NCBI RefSeq assembly: GCF_001194135.2
Contig: NC_068996.1
Coordinates: 34,564,012-34,614,367 of the forward strand
Source: Octopus bimaculoides
Taxonomy: Eukaryota
DNA: 50,356 bases
Reading direction: 5' to 3'
Shown here: one piece after another, positions 12,642-26,295 of the stretch
Layout: each line of letters opens with the position of its first letter
How positions within the stretch are numbered: position 1 is the first letter of the stretch
The notes under the pieces: model-generated
Told to the model about the DNA's origin: nothing
Seen by the model: only the letters and a program-made list of their open reading frames with translations
Database searches by the model: none
Made by a program: the position numbers and the translations under genes

Positions 12642-12984
12642 GTGTGTATTTTTGTCTCATTTTCTTTTTCTGCTTTGTGTGTTTCAATGTGTGTGTGTGT
12701 GTGTGTGTGCGTGTAAATTCCATGAACAACTTGGACGACCATGATAAACTTTCTACAGCAGAAACGAAGCATTGGGAGGTTGCTACTCCTGGATATGACA
12801 CTAGTTCATCACAAGGTTACTCCAATTTCTGCTGTTGGTACTAATTTTCAGCTGAATTGACTGGAACAGTGTAAAATGCAAGTGTCTTGCTCAAGGACAC
12901 AATGTGCAGCCTAGTTCAGAAATCAAATGCATGACCTTCCAATCTTGAGTGCAACATCCTAACAACTGGACTATATGCCCCCCT

Positions 12985-13035
<51 letters not shown>

Positions 13036-13319
13036 ACACACACACGTGTGTGTGTGTGTGTGTGTGTACATGTTTGTGTAGGGGATGTTTGCAATGTATT
13101 GTATTTGTTTTGCTGCTGGCTGGAAAAGACTTAATTTTTTTCTATTATAATGTAATTATAAATTTTGATTTTTTTTAAATATTTGTGGCGGGGATCATTT
13201 ATACTTATTTTTTTAAGTACTTCCAACTTCAAATTCTGTATTCTGTAGCAAAATGGCCTTCAGTGAAGTAGACTTAATAATTTTGTGAAACACCTTAGGT
13301 GTGAATAGAATAAAAGATT

Positions 13320-13770
13320 AACTTTACTTTTCATCCTTCTAGAGTTGATAAAATACAGTACTAGTGAAATACTGGAGCAGATTTATTTTTATAAAACATC
13401 ATAGATGAACAGAATTATTATAGGAGACTAAGTTTACCTTTCATCCTCCTTGGGTTTGATAAAATATAGTACCACTGAAGTACTGAAGTAAATTTAATAT
13501 TCCTCTAAAAGTTAGTTTTAGTTTTCAATCATAATTCCATTCATGTGAAAGGAATTATAATTGAAGATTAAAACTAACTTTACCTTTCATCCTTCTAGTG
13601 TTGATAAAGTAGAGTACCAGTGAAATATTGGGGTAGATTTAATATTCCTATAATTGACCCCTAGATATAAATATCTGGAATGATAAAATATAGTACCTGA
13701 AGTAGATTTAACATTCCTATTAAATACCCTAAATGTGAATGAATTATAAAAGATTATGACTAACTTTACT
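13320..13770 (+). repeat. Degenerate tandem array (about 4 units) of the second SINE family's 3' part
   Basis: actttac(c)tttcatcct..gttgataaaat..agtac..gtgaa recurs at about 13321, 13432, 13577 and 13680. Confidence 0.7.
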
Positions 13771-14779
13771 ACTGGAGTGTGTGTGAATGTTGATAGTCCT
13801 CAGTTTGTCATCACTTGAGTGAAACAGTAGTGACACTGACTTTTGTTTTTGATATTACAACTGGTTGCTGATTTCAAGAATCTCTGATATAAAGAAATAC
13901 CTTACTTGTAAAACAGGTAAAGTGTGGCAGCAGGAAGAACATCCAGCCATAGAATCCAACCTATACTAACAAAGAAAAATGGATGATGAGCAATTGAATG
14001 AACACACACGGCCGCCCCCCGCCCCCGCGCACACACATACACACACATCATTATCATTGTCATCATAATTATCATCATCATCATCATTAACATCATCATC
14101 ATTATCATTTTATCATCCTCTTTTCCATGCTTACATGTGTCAGATGGAATTCATTGAAGGAGATTTTCTACAGTCAGATGCTTTTCCTGTCACTAACCCT
14201 CACCTGTTTCCAAGCAAGGTAATATTTCCTCATGGCTAGACCTGTTTTCATGGAAGATTGAAAATGAACAATGCTGCTTCTATGATGGTGGCACTTGATC
14301 ATAACAGTCATGCAATGTTAAGATAATGAGACACAAACACACACACGACCACATACCCATATACATACTTTCAGGGAAATAATCCTGTTCAATATAGAGA
14401 AATAGTGTGGGTAGAAATTCCATATGGTGTACCCAGTGCAAGTTATGGATGCATAAGAGGTGCAGTAAAATTGCAGGGAAGTTAACAGAAAAAAAAAAGA
14501 ACAGTCTTTGTGTGTGGTAGGTGTTCAAGTACAATAAACACATAGATTGTACAGGAAATAGATTTCTTCAGATGTCCAAGGGGATTCTTAGAGGTAGTAA
14601 ATAGTTTTCATTATCTAAGTGACCAAATTAGCAGCAAAGACAGTTGGTCTGAAAACATAGTTGCTAGAATGAGAACCAGGTGAGCTTTGTTGGTAACAAA
14701 GGGCTGCTCCCTCAGAGTAAAAGGCAGATTGTATGATTCCTGTGTATGGACTGTTATGCTACATGACAGCTAAAAATGG

Positions 14780-15140
14780 GCTGTAACTGCAGAGGGCATG
14801 TAAAGGCTTGGAAGAAATGAAGCCAGCATACTCCCCTAGATGTACAATGTCAGTGTGCATGTATGATAGAGAGTAAATGTTTTAAGAGAAAAATTGAGTA
14901 TAAGAGGCATCAGTTGTACTGTACAAGGGAGAAGATTGTGCTGGTGTGGTCATATGATGCATGTGGATGAGGACAGCTGCGTAAAGAAGTACTGATCTCT
15001 AAATGTTGAGGGAACCCGTGGAAGAGGAAGACCAGGAAGATGTGGGAATAAATGGTGAGAAATGATGTTCAAATGTTGAGACTCAGAGAGGAGCTGACAA
15101 AGAGCCAAGAGAATTGGTGATTTACTGTGCTTGAGAAGAC
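14780..15140 (+). mobile_element. RTE-clade LINE 3' fragment, decayed
   Basis: Reads LREKLSIRGISCTVQGRRLCWCGHMMHVDEDSCVKK..VEGTRGRGRP, the same family as 8917-9660. Confidence 0.75.
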
Positions 15141-17837
15141 CTACCCAGCTAAGTAAAATCCAGGACATAAAGGTGTGCCCATTATGTCCATGCTCCTCCC
15201 ATAACCCATCTTCCCTGTACCTCCCCCTTTCCATTTACCCATGCTTGCCTTTGCAGTATTCCCTGCCACCATTCTATCTCATGTACCTATCTGTACAAAG
15301 TATGTCCCTGATGAATCCCTTCTTCACAACATATTCTCCTAATACCCACTCCCTCTACCAGTGCCCTCTCATTACATCCCCCTACCTCTATCTCCCACTC
15401 TCCTTTCAAAATCTTGTGAATTCTCTCACCTATTCACCCTCTCCAATTCCTGATCCACTTCACTATATACAATTCCCTGTTAACTTGGGTGTACAGCCCC
15501 TGCTGATTTCCCATCACACCTTCACCAGCTTTTCTCTCTCTCTCTCTCTCTCCTTTCTCTTTCTCCACCCAAGATAGCCACGTCTCTCTTCTAGTGCCAG
15601 ATACCTTTTTGTCTTTCAAAACTTCTTCCCTACCATCCCCAGTTTAGGGTTCTTGTCCTGCAAGTTATTTTGTAACCTCACTACTGTTGGTGTCATATAC
15701 AAAGCTAGTAAACTCTGTTAAGTGGTTGGCATTAGCAAGAGCATCATACTGTACAAACAATGCCCAAACAGACAGCAAAGCTTGCTGCAGTCTTCTGACT
15801 TGCCAGTTACTGTCAAACCATCCAACCCATGCCATCATGGATCTGTCTTCCATGCTGACATGAGTTGGACAGTTTGACAACTAACCAGAGGGCTGCGGTG
15901 AGCTCCAATATCTACTTTGGCCTTGTATCTATGAATGTATGACCTCCTATCATCAACCACTTTACAGAGTGAATTGGATGCATCTTTCATGGCATTGACA
16001 CTAGTGAGGTCATCAAGCATCTAAGGGGAGGAGACTATTCCACTGAGTGGGTTTGTAGTAGAGAGGGAGATGGCTTTGTGCCAGGTGTTGAGAGACTAAA
16101 GTATGACAGAGAAACAGGACCAGATGTTTTACTGTAGGGGAGATACATGGCTACCCCAGCATGGCTCTCCATCGGTTACAAGTGTTCTGTTGATTCAATC
16201 AACCAAACAGCCTGCTCATGAAACTAACATGTAAGTAGCAGACACATGTACTCCTTAATGTAGTTGTCAGGGAGGTTCAACATGCGTCACAGAGTATGAC
16301 AAGGCTGGCTCTTTGAACTACAGGTACAACTCATTTTTGCAAGCTGAGTGGATTGAAGTAATGAGTAATTAAGTGTCTTGCTCAAGGATACACTGCATCA
16401 CTCCAAATTGAATATATGGCCTTATGATCATGAGTCAAATTACCTGAGCCACCTTCTCAGAAAATGGAAACAGGATGATGGAGATAAGGTGTGAAGATGT
16501 ACCCTCATGGTACAAGATGGTTGTTGAAGAGAGAATAGGGTCAGAGAATCAAAGCAGGATAGATGCAAGAGTGTGAAAGATAATCAAGACTGGATAGATG
16601 TGAGAGTGTGAAAGGTGATTGACTGATGGTTAGAGATGAGGATAGAGGTGAATGATGAACATGTATGGAGTTGAAGTTGATGGGTAATCTCAGTTTGGGA
16701 GAAGGAGGCAATAGGTGGAAGTACACAAAGAGTGGGAGTTGGAGAGCTTCAGTATAATTAAAATGTAGATAGCTGAGAAATAGGGAGATAATAGGAAGTG
16801 TGAGGAGAGGAGAGATGTAGGCACAGTAACAGACAGAGGTCAAAGGTATCTAGGGTAGGACATAGTGAGTGAAACCAAAGGTACTGGGGGCTATTGATGG
16901 CAGCTATGAAGTGTTCAGTGGAAAATAAAATGTTAAGTGATAATGTTGGGAGTGTGAGATGGGTGACAAGAGAGATGATTGCAAGGGAAGGAATAACTGG
17001 TTGCACAAAAGGGGAATGGAACATGAAGTTTGCTTCCCAACTACATGGTTCCAAGTTCAATCCCACTGCACAGCACCTCAGGTGTCTTCTACTATAACCT
17101 TGAGCTAGCCCAGAGCTTTGTGAGTAGATTTGGTAAATGAAAACTGAAAGAAGCCTGTCATGTGTGTCTATATGTTAGTGTCTGTGTTTGTACCCCATAA
17201 CTTTGCAGTTTGGCAAAAGATACCAGGCTTAATAAAAAGTCCTGAGGTAAAGTCTTTCATCTAAAATTCTTCAAGTCAATATTCCTGCATGGCTACAGTC
17301 TAATGATTGAAACAAGTAAAAGGTAAAAGATATCATATATAATATTAAATATATATACAAGAAGTGTGGGTTTGTGACCCACTGGCAGCCTTCCACTTTT
17401 ACCATTTAAGGGATTTTTTAAACTCAATATTCTGCATGCTATAGCTTTATCTACTTTGGTTTCCACTGTTAAAAAAACGATTTATATATATATATTTAGC
17501 GGAAAAACGTTTATAATTATGAACAAGTCACAATTATAACTAAGGGGGAGAAAAAAACCTTACATGTTAAAAATAGCTACCAAAACTGCTATAAGGCCAT
17601 TATATCACTCAGTTTTTATCTTGAGGAGAAATAATATATCTTCAGGCAACATGGCAAATAGCAGTTTTGGCTGGTATTTTTAATATGTAAGGGTTTTTTT
17701 TAACATTCTTAGTTATAATTGTGACATGTTCATAATTATAAATGTTTTTCCTCTTTATATTTTATGATAACATGTTTGGCCGTTGATATATTCATAAATA
17801 ATCTCAATCCTTCGTAATGTTTTTACATTACTCTCTA

Positions 17838-17911
<74 letters not shown>

Positions 17912-18048
17912 TTATATACATATATATATATAGTAGATAATTATTTAGTGCTTCAGATTATTATTTTTTATTAAAAAATATTAAAAAAATTTTTTTTTCA
18001 TATTTGATATTTAAGGTGTCCATTATCAAGATAACTTCTCTATTTCAG

Positions 18049-18225
18049 CCTGATAATTGGAGTCATGTTGTCAATGCTGTGTTAAGTAATGATAAATTTC
18101 GATGGTTGAAACAGAGGCTTACTGGTTCAAAACCAGAGTATGCACTTATGAATAAAATATTTGAATTCATTATGTGGGAACATCCAATTGACATTGAGAA
18201 ACTTCGCTGCTCCCTGCATCATCAA
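18049..18225 (+). CDS. HERC2: HERC2 exon (window exon 5)
   Basis: tttcag / gtgagt, phase 0 to 0. Encodes PDNWSHVVNAVLSNDKFRWLKQ...EHPIDIEKLRCSLHHQ. Confidence 0.95.
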
Positions 18226-19149
18226 GTGAGTGACGGACAAAATATTTTACGTTTTTTTTTTTCATTTGTCTTTTGTTTTCTTTTTATAAAAGATGTGTGC
18301 ACACATGTGTCGTTGTTGTAGTTTAGTACAAGGTCAGTCTTGATCTTGCAGACCTTTGATCAGTATCATTCCAGCTGTGACTTTCCTTCTTTTTTTTATT
18401 TCCAGTCGTAGTCATAGTGTATCTAGAACTACATTATGTGTCCTTCCTTGCTTGTGACTGTATGGTAGAATTGATTGCTATTTGTAGCTAGCTGGTATAA
18501 ATGCCACTTAGACACCTCTCAGTTTGGTTTGTGTTCATGTCTGTGGTGTGTTAATATAGTGCATGTGATATGGTGTTTGTGTGTGTGTGTGTGCGTGTAT
18601 GTGTGTGTGTGTGCGTGTGTGTGTGTACAGTATCCAGTTTGTCCTACCATGTCTGGTTATTAGGATTACTATTTCACTTGATTATGTTTATTCTGGCATT
18701 CTACACTCTCCTGTAAACACATCTGGTCTGTACTACATTATGTTTGCCCCCTGGATAAGGATCTAACTTTTTCTAATCTCATTACTCTTTGAGAATCTAC
18801 AGCCATATGATAGGCAACATATGTCAAAAATTGTGAAGAACCAGTTTTTCTTTTCTCTCCTTGGTATTGAACTTTCAACAGTTGTACTAGTGTTAGGGTT
18901 ACTGTGTCAACATCTTTGATCTTCAGTGTCATTGCTTTTGGGTCAGGTGTTACAGTCAGACTTTACTAAATTTTAATCTTTTGCCTGTCCTGTGTATCAT
19001 ATGTGATACACAGGATATTTTTGCCTGACATTCATGCATCATATACGATAAACATTCCCAATTGTTTTCAATCACCAGAGTAACTTGGAACTTATGAAAG
19101 GAAAGCTTTATATTATTCAGGAAGTATGAAACTGACTCTCTGTTGATTA

Positions 19150-19450
19150 CTATGATGAGGGTTCTAATTAATCCAATTAATGGAACAGTCTGCTTGTGAA
19201 ATTAATATGCAAGTGGCTGAGCACTCCACAGACACATATATCTTTAATATAGTTCTCAGGGAAATTCATGACACAGAATGTGACAAGGCTGGCCCCTTTG
19301 AAATACAGGTACTACTCATTTTTGCCAACTGAGTGAAGTGAAGCAATGTGAAATAAAGTCTGAAGGGCACAACATGGTGCCAAGAATTGAACTCATCACC
19401 TTACAATTATGAGCCAAATACTCTAACCACTAAGCCATGCATCTTCACAA
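19150..19450 (-). mobile_element. Third SINE family (gctgagtgaactggagcaatgtgaaataaagtgtcttgctcaagg core)
   Basis: Copies at about 4560-4765, 12730-12975 and 16160-16450 (-), and 40690-40960 (+). Confidence 0.72.
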
Positions 19451-19941
19451 ACATATGAAACAATGTGAAGCTAAAAACCTGAAAACAAGCATGGAAATTT
19501 AGAACAAACTTATGAAGATGTTGTGGACAGGCAAAGGGTTATGTTTTCTTTAGCTATCCTTACTGATGATTCATTACCACGTGGAATGTTGTTACATGTG
19601 AGAGATCTGAGGATGAGTGGAGAGCTTTTCCATTGGTTGGCCATCTGTAAAGCCATTTATACAATTGATAGATTTAGCTTGGCTAATTGAAATCCTTTCT
19701 TAATTTTTTTATAAATCTTTTTAATTCATCATCATCATCACTTCAAGGTTGATTCTTTCAGAGCAGTTTGGTTTAAGCAGATCAATTTAACATGTACCAA
19801 AAGGAAAAATATATACTCTGGGGATGGGGGACAAATGTTTTTTTTACACATTTTTTTGTTTAATTTTGCTTATTATTATATTAATTGTTCACTGATTATA
19901 GTTATAAAAAAAAATGTACATTAATTTTTTTTCTGTTCTAG

Positions 19942-20078
19942 GTTGAAAGAGCTAAACTGAGATTAAAAGGTATCCAAAACATGCTTATCTTGACTCATAA
20001 AGAGCATCTGATACCTTCAATAAAGTATTCTATATTATGTGGTTGGCTTGGCCTTCTTTCTCTCAGAAACAAAGTCTG
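19942..20078 (+). CDS. HERC2: HERC2 exon (window exon 6)
   Basis: ttctag / gtatgt, phase 0 to 2. Encodes VERAKLRLKGIQNML...IPSIKYSILCGW. Confidence 0.94.
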
Positions 20079-20516
20079 GTATGTATCCTTATAATTTTCA
20101 TTAAATTCTTTATTTTGAAAATTAAAAAATGCAGTTTTAGTAAAAAAAAGTTTACTTTACATTACCATGTTAATTTCAAGAATAGTGTATAATGTATTTT
20201 TGTTTTTATTTTTTTTTTGTTACCATATTTTTGTAGCAATACACTGCTTTTATTTCGGTTAATTTTGGAAATAATGAAGAATTAGTAAAATATATTTGTC
20301 ATTATTTAGCTGCACTTTAAAACAGGATGTTTGCATTGTAGAACCAGGGTTGGTCACAAACAAGTTGGCATCAAAAGAATGATGACAGACATGAATGAAA
20401 GATCTGGAAGCTAGGTCATATGGCTAGGATATTTCTGTTGGAATACTCTGCATTTATTTCAATTAATTTTGAAAATAATGAAGAATTTAATATTTGTTAG
20501 CTAGTGTTTGGAAATT

Positions 20517-20744
20517 TTAACCCTTTAGCATTTAAACCAGTCATATCTGGCCCAAATATTCTACCTGTTTTGTGTTCAAACTGGTCAGATCTGACCTCTC
20601 ACACCTAGCCTGCAATGTCTTTCTAAAAATAAATAATCACATCATTGAAATCTTGAAGCTGCAAAATAACAAATGTTTAATTAAAAGCAATGTGAATAAA
20701 GAAGCATTATACTCAACCGAGTAAGCTGAATGCTAAAGGTTTAA
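20517..20744. mobile_element. piggyBac-type MITE, 220 bp between TTAA target sites
   Basis: TTAA|CCCTTTAGCATT ... AATGCTAAAGGT|TTAA. It sits within fragments of a second MITE family (about 20200-20920). Confidence 0.88.
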
Positions 20745-21513
20745 TTTAGGTCTCTTTAATCCTTTTGTTTATATATCTTTTGAAATACATTGCCTTCAAT
20801 TTATTAAGCAGGTGTTTGGAATATAAATTAACATGAAATTTTGATGGAAGGATTTAATTTAAATTACTTTAAAACTGAAGTCTGTATCATAAAAATCAAT
20901 TGTGTTGTAAAAGGTTGATAGTTGCAATAGAGACATTAGTCTCTCTCTATCACCTTTCAACAAAATTATATATTAAGAAACAGTAGAACAATTAGTAACA
21001 TAATAAAAATAAGTTTTATCTTGGTGATGCTTGGCTTTACAAATCCTGTGTCATTCAGCCTAGCAGCCGCTGGTTAACTTGTAATCGGCATCTGGATATT
21101 AAGAGCTTCGCTGAGGCATGCCAAAGGAGCAAGTAGTTGTCATGTCGAAAGTATCGCGCTAAAGAGGCTTAGAAAGCACGCGAAGCACTTTAAGTACTGG
21201 TTTTATTATGCATGTGCACTGAAGGGGCTTCTGGGAAGGCAAGTCTCTTGTGCATGCGTAGATTGTACTTCCTTAATGACGGCCATAATTTCGCGCCACT
21301 ACAGTGTTGTTAGGCAGGTTGGTATCAAAAGGATCCAGAATAATTTAATTGATAATTGAATTAATATGAATAACATCATTTTAAAATAATAATTTTTTGC
21401 CCCAGCATGGTCACTACTTAGATAATGGAGAACATTTAAGAATACAAATGTTTTTGCATTTTTTACTTGTTCTAATGTTGCTAATATCAAATTTATTTCT
21501 TTTAAATTTTCAG

Positions 21514-21703
21514 CGAACCCGTTCCACACTGCCTGGCTAATATTAATCTAATACCTCCTTGTGATAAAATTCTTCTTGAAATGACATTCTCTGACCTATA
21601 CAAATGGGCTGTAAAAGAACTCCGCAACATTCTTCTGCAAGTGGAAGCTACTTTAAAAGCAAGAAATCTTAATTCTTCTCGAAGTATTCAAGATAATTCC
21701 AAA
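21514..21703 (+). CDS. HERC2: HERC2 exon (window exon 7)
   Basis: tttcag / gtaagt, phase 2 to 0. Encodes EPVPHCLANINLIPPCDKILLEMTFSDLYKWAVKELRNILL. Confidence 0.95.
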
Positions 21704-21954
21704 GTAAGTCACATTATTTCACATCTAATTAATCAGTTTATAAAGAAAACAGAAATTAGCTTAATTGTGACTGCTTATCATGTGATTGGGTCCGAGATCA
21801 TTTTTTTTTTTTGTCATATGAAATACACCAAAATATGTAAAAGTGTGTGTGTGTGTATTGGGTCATCCCATAAATAATGCGTTTTTTTCATTTGCACAAA
21901 CTAAAAAAAACCCTTTTATGATGCTTAATTACCTGAATATACACATGCATGTGT

Positions 21955-21990
<36 letters not shown>

Positions 21991-22234
21991 GATCTCTTCA
22001 ACCATTTTGGCAATCTTCATACAAGTTCAGTTGTCTTTGATATTATCTTGAGAATAGGAGAATAAACCTGATGTATGCACAGCACTTGTTGACACTAATC
22101 TAGAATCTGTTGGGTCATTGTCAAATTCAACATTTAGACTATCATTGTGTATATGTGTAAGTGTATCATTATAATGACATATAAATATATATTTTAAAAG
22201 AATGCATAAAACTGCTTCTCTATTTATATTTCAG

Positions 22235-22382
22235 GAGTGCTTGAGTATTGGCTGTCTTCCTCAGTCCCGTTTCTTGTTAGCATGTATAGGTATACTAATG
22301 TCGCAACACCAGCCTAACAGCCTTAGTATGCTTCTCAACTCTGGCTTGTTGGGACTCAGCCAGTCTATCCTCAGATTAACTG
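22235..22382 (+). CDS. HERC2: HERC2 exon (window exon 8)
   Basis: tttcag / gtaaaa, phase 0 to 1. Encodes ECLSIGCLPQSRFLL...MLLNSGLLGLSQSILRLT. Confidence 0.95.
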
Positions 22383-22482
22383 GTAAAAATTCTTTATTCA
22401 TTTTTTTCTTTAATTGTACATTACATTGTCTTTGTATTTTCTGTCTCTTTTACAAGTGTTTTGCATGTATATATTTTCTGTT

Positions 22483-22520
<38 letters not shown>

Positions 22521-23276
22521 TGTCTGTGTCCATATGTATATTTGTGTGTGTATCTGTGCATATCTGCATATGTAAGTGTATGTGTGTCTGAGTGCATATG
22601 TATATATTTGCATGTATTTGCATACATATGTCTATATGCTTATATGATTGTATGAATTAACAGGTTATAGAAGAAATATCAGTTGTACTATTCATATACT
22701 TTGTCAAGGGGTATTATGTAAGAGACTAAGGATAAGACACAACAATTGGTAATTAAATTGTGTCATAAATTCATTATGATGATCAAATGCGTACATACTA
22801 AACAGCACTATAAATATAAAACATTATAAACTATAGTCTGTGAAATGTGGACATATACAATATGTCCATACTATAATATCCATACTGTGACATACTAAAC
22901 TGCATTGCTGTATCATACTATGACATATACAAAACAACACTATTGTAGCTATATATCCATGGGGCTTTCTGAATGACATCACATTGAAAAATTACCTTGA
23001 ATATTTTTAGTTGTTCAGCCTGCCTGATGATAAATCATATGTTATGTGACCCTGTTCTTGAAAATGGTTGCTGTTGCCTGGTATAGACACTTACTCTACA
23101 TCACTATAGGACTGTATACTATGGCAGATACTTAGCAACAATATCATATCAATATAGTAAACAACACAGTATATCAGATTGGAGCCTGGTGTAGCCATCT
23201 GGTTTCACCAGTCCTCAGTCAAATCGTCCAACCCATGCTAGCATGGAAAGCAGACGTTAAACGATGATGATGATAT

Positions 23277-23325
<49 letters not shown>

Positions 23326-23694
23326 TATGTAACACTATAAGTACTATATATACGACAGATACTAAACAACACTATAGTAGTCTGCTGCACACATATTAGA
23401 TTATATAGGATATATTTTACTATATTGTTGCATGGTATATACCTACAATCATTATTATCATCATCAATAACAACATTTAATGGCCATTTTTCCAACCCAT
23501 GTCAGCATGGAAAATGGACATTAAATGTTGATAAAGAAGATGATGGCTGTAGGTATATACCATAAAACAATATTGTAGAATATAATACAGCAGATATAAA
23601 ACAACATTGTGGTATTTATATTATAGTATACAGAAATAGTAAGCAACACTGAAGCAATCTGAAAAAAATTAAGAATTTTGTTAACTTTGAACAG

Positions 23695-23870
23695 GTCGTG
23701 ACCCCAATGGACCAATTCCTGATAATAGCAGTGTGATGTGCGCTGTTTTGGAAGAACATAAAGCTAAGAAACAAACACCACCTGTCCCTATTTCTGGTCC
23801 AGAACTTGCTGCAATGATGAAAACTGGAACAAGGGTCGTGCGAGGAGCAGATTGGAAGTGGGGGGAGCAG
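23695..23870 (+). CDS. HERC2: HERC2 exon (window exon 9), start of MIB-HERC2 domain
   Basis: aacag / gtaaat, phase 1 to 0. Encodes [30 protein letters not shown]. Confidence 0.97.
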
Positions 23871-23879
23871 GTAAATATT

Positions 23880-24135
23880 CAGGTTTTTCTTCATCGTCAT
23901 CATCCTCTTTCTTTGCCTCCTCTTCGTCTTCCTTTGCCTCCTCCTCCACTTGCTTTGCCTCTTCCTCCACTTTCTTTGCCTCCTCCACTTTCTTTACCTC
24001 CTCCTCTTCTTTCTTTTCCTCCTCTTCTTTCTTTTCCTCCTCTTCTTCCTTCTTTACCTCCTCCTCTTCCTTCTTTGCCTCCTCCTCTTCCTTCTTTGCC
24101 TCCTCCTCCTCTTTCTTTGCATCCTCCCCCTCATT
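23880..24135. repeat. Polypyrimidine (CTT/CCT) minisatellite with roughly 18-21-nt units
   Basis: Repeats of ttctttgcctcctcctctt start about 10 nt after the exon 9 donor and produce spurious K/E-, S/F- and P/L-rich ORFs. Confidence 0.9.
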
Positions 24136-25407
24136 CCCATCATCATCATTATGACAAGGTGTAACAAATCTAGTGTTTTGGCTGTTTGTGCGCATTGATT
24201 TTTCACCATTTCATCAGTAGGCACAGGTGTGGTTAAGAAACTTGGGTTCAGTCCCACTGTGCTGCACTTTGGGCAAATGGTCTTCTACTGTAGCCTTGGC
24301 CAACTGAAAATCCTGTGAGTGGATTTGGTGGACATTTGACACATTGGTAGTTGGTCGTGTATGCACGCACACACACACACATGCAAGCACACAATATGTA
24401 TATCCATTAGTTGTTAACAACACACACACACACCTCTTTTGGTAGTTGGCCATGGACACGTATACAGACACACATACACACACCTCCATATAACTGAGGA
24501 GCACACAACACATTCTGACATAAAACTGTTAATGTATGCAATACAGTTTTCTAAGGGTTTGTTTTATTTTAACCCAAGGTCAAACCTGAATCAAAGGCTT
24601 TTCAGCCTCAACCATCCTGTCTTTCTACCAATATCTAAGACTACATTATCCAGTATGTTTTCCCCTTGTTTAAGGCTGTAGCCTGTGATTGAAGGGACAT
24701 TTGACTGTTTTTTGTTGTAAGTTAAAGGACAGGGAGTCATTAATGGTATCTAACTCTTGTAATCTATCTTGATTGTTTATAAGTATAGGAGAATGATAAA
24801 AGCCATACAGATTACTGATTAAGAAGAAAGCTGTTTCGTATTTTGGTTTTTACAAGTTATATTAGCAGCCAAGCCCTAATAATTCTAAAAATTAGATCTT
24901 ATTGAAAGAGAATACTAAATTTTTTTAAATTTTGTATTGTTGTGGTGACTAGCTTCACTTCATTTTCTTCACCATCACCACCATCATCATCATTGTTTAA
25001 CATCTGTTTTCCATGCTGGCATGGGTTGGATGATTTGACAGGAACTGGCCAGCCAGAAAGCTGCCCAATTGTCTGTTTTGGCAGAGTTTCTACAACTGGA
25101 TCCCCTTCCTAATGCCAACCACTTTACAGTGTTTTTTTTTTTTAATGTGGAACCAGTATATTTTTATATGTAGAACTGGCATGGGTGCTTTGTATGTGGC
25201 ACCAGTTTGAGTACTTTTCTACATACCACTGGCACAGATGCATTTCTATGTGGCACTGGTGATTTTCTACATGAGTGCTCTGTACGTGACACAATATTTC
25301 AACTAAATTAAGGCATTTCATTTCTGTCTCTATTTCAGTAATATTTCCAGAAAAAAAAAGCACCTGATTTCTCAATATGATTTTTTTTCTTCTTTCTTCA
25401 CTTGTAG

Positions 25408-25597
25408 GATGGACCCCATCCTAGTGTAGGTCGAGTAATCTGTGAATTGGGAGAAGATGGCTGGATACGTGTCCAATGGGATACAGGCAGCACAAATAGC
25501 TATAGGATGGGCAAAGAAGGCATGTATGACCTCAAATTAGCGCAGCCACCTCAGATGCCTGACAACGACGAAGATGACGAAGAGGAGGTTGATACAG
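25408..25597 (+). CDS. HERC2: HERC2 exon (window exon 10), MIB-HERC2 domain
   Basis: ttgtag / gtgagt, phase 0 to 1. Encodes [45 protein letters not shown]. Confidence 0.98.
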
Positions 25598-26295
25598 GTG
25601 AGTCTATCAGATTTTTATGGTGATGATTGTGGTGGTAGTGATGGAGACGTTGTTTTGTTTTTGTCATTTCTAAATTACTTTTAATCAACATCATTTTTCC
25701 ATCAATTACATTTTCATCATCACTTTCACTATCTCCATCATTACCATCACCACTATTATAATCATCATTAATATAATTTTAATATGTTTCTCCATGCTAA
25801 CATGCATTTGGCTCTTCAATACATGTTGCTAGAGTACAAGCTTATTTCAAAAACCTAATGTTGTTAGATCCTGTTTTACGAATTCTTTCCATGACTTCCT
25901 TCATTTATTCATTCAACTACTAACCTCCATCACTATTTACCCTCCATTCACAATTTACTACCTCAAAGAAGCCAATAAAAGAGCACCTGTGCAGTTGCTA
26001 GAGCTACTGGTAAAATAGCTAAGCTTTCTTCAAATCAAACCCTACAATCTTAACATGAGTATTAAATGATGATGTTGATAATGATGATTTTCACCAATCA
26101 TATTCTGATTTACATTGATATATTGCCTCATTATCTGAATCAACTATCTCCGGGGCATAGAACATTACTTAGGGCACTCCCACTCTGTTGCTAAATAAAC
26201 CTGATATCTAACTTCTATTCATGTAAATTGTTTTAGTGTCATGTACCAATACATATTTAATAATCCAATTTTCCCATTTCTTGCTGATTCTTCAG

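Noticed and set aside
12712-12844. Protein-like stretch NSMNNLDDHDKLSTAETKHWEVATPGYDTSSSQG after exon 4
   Set aside because: No AG acceptor, exons 4 and 5 already join in phase, and the sequence runs into a SINE copy.
23788-24195. 135-aa K/E-rich minus ORF and overlapping S/F- and P/L-rich plus ORFs
   Set aside because: Translation of a pyrimidine minisatellite; no independent coding evidence.
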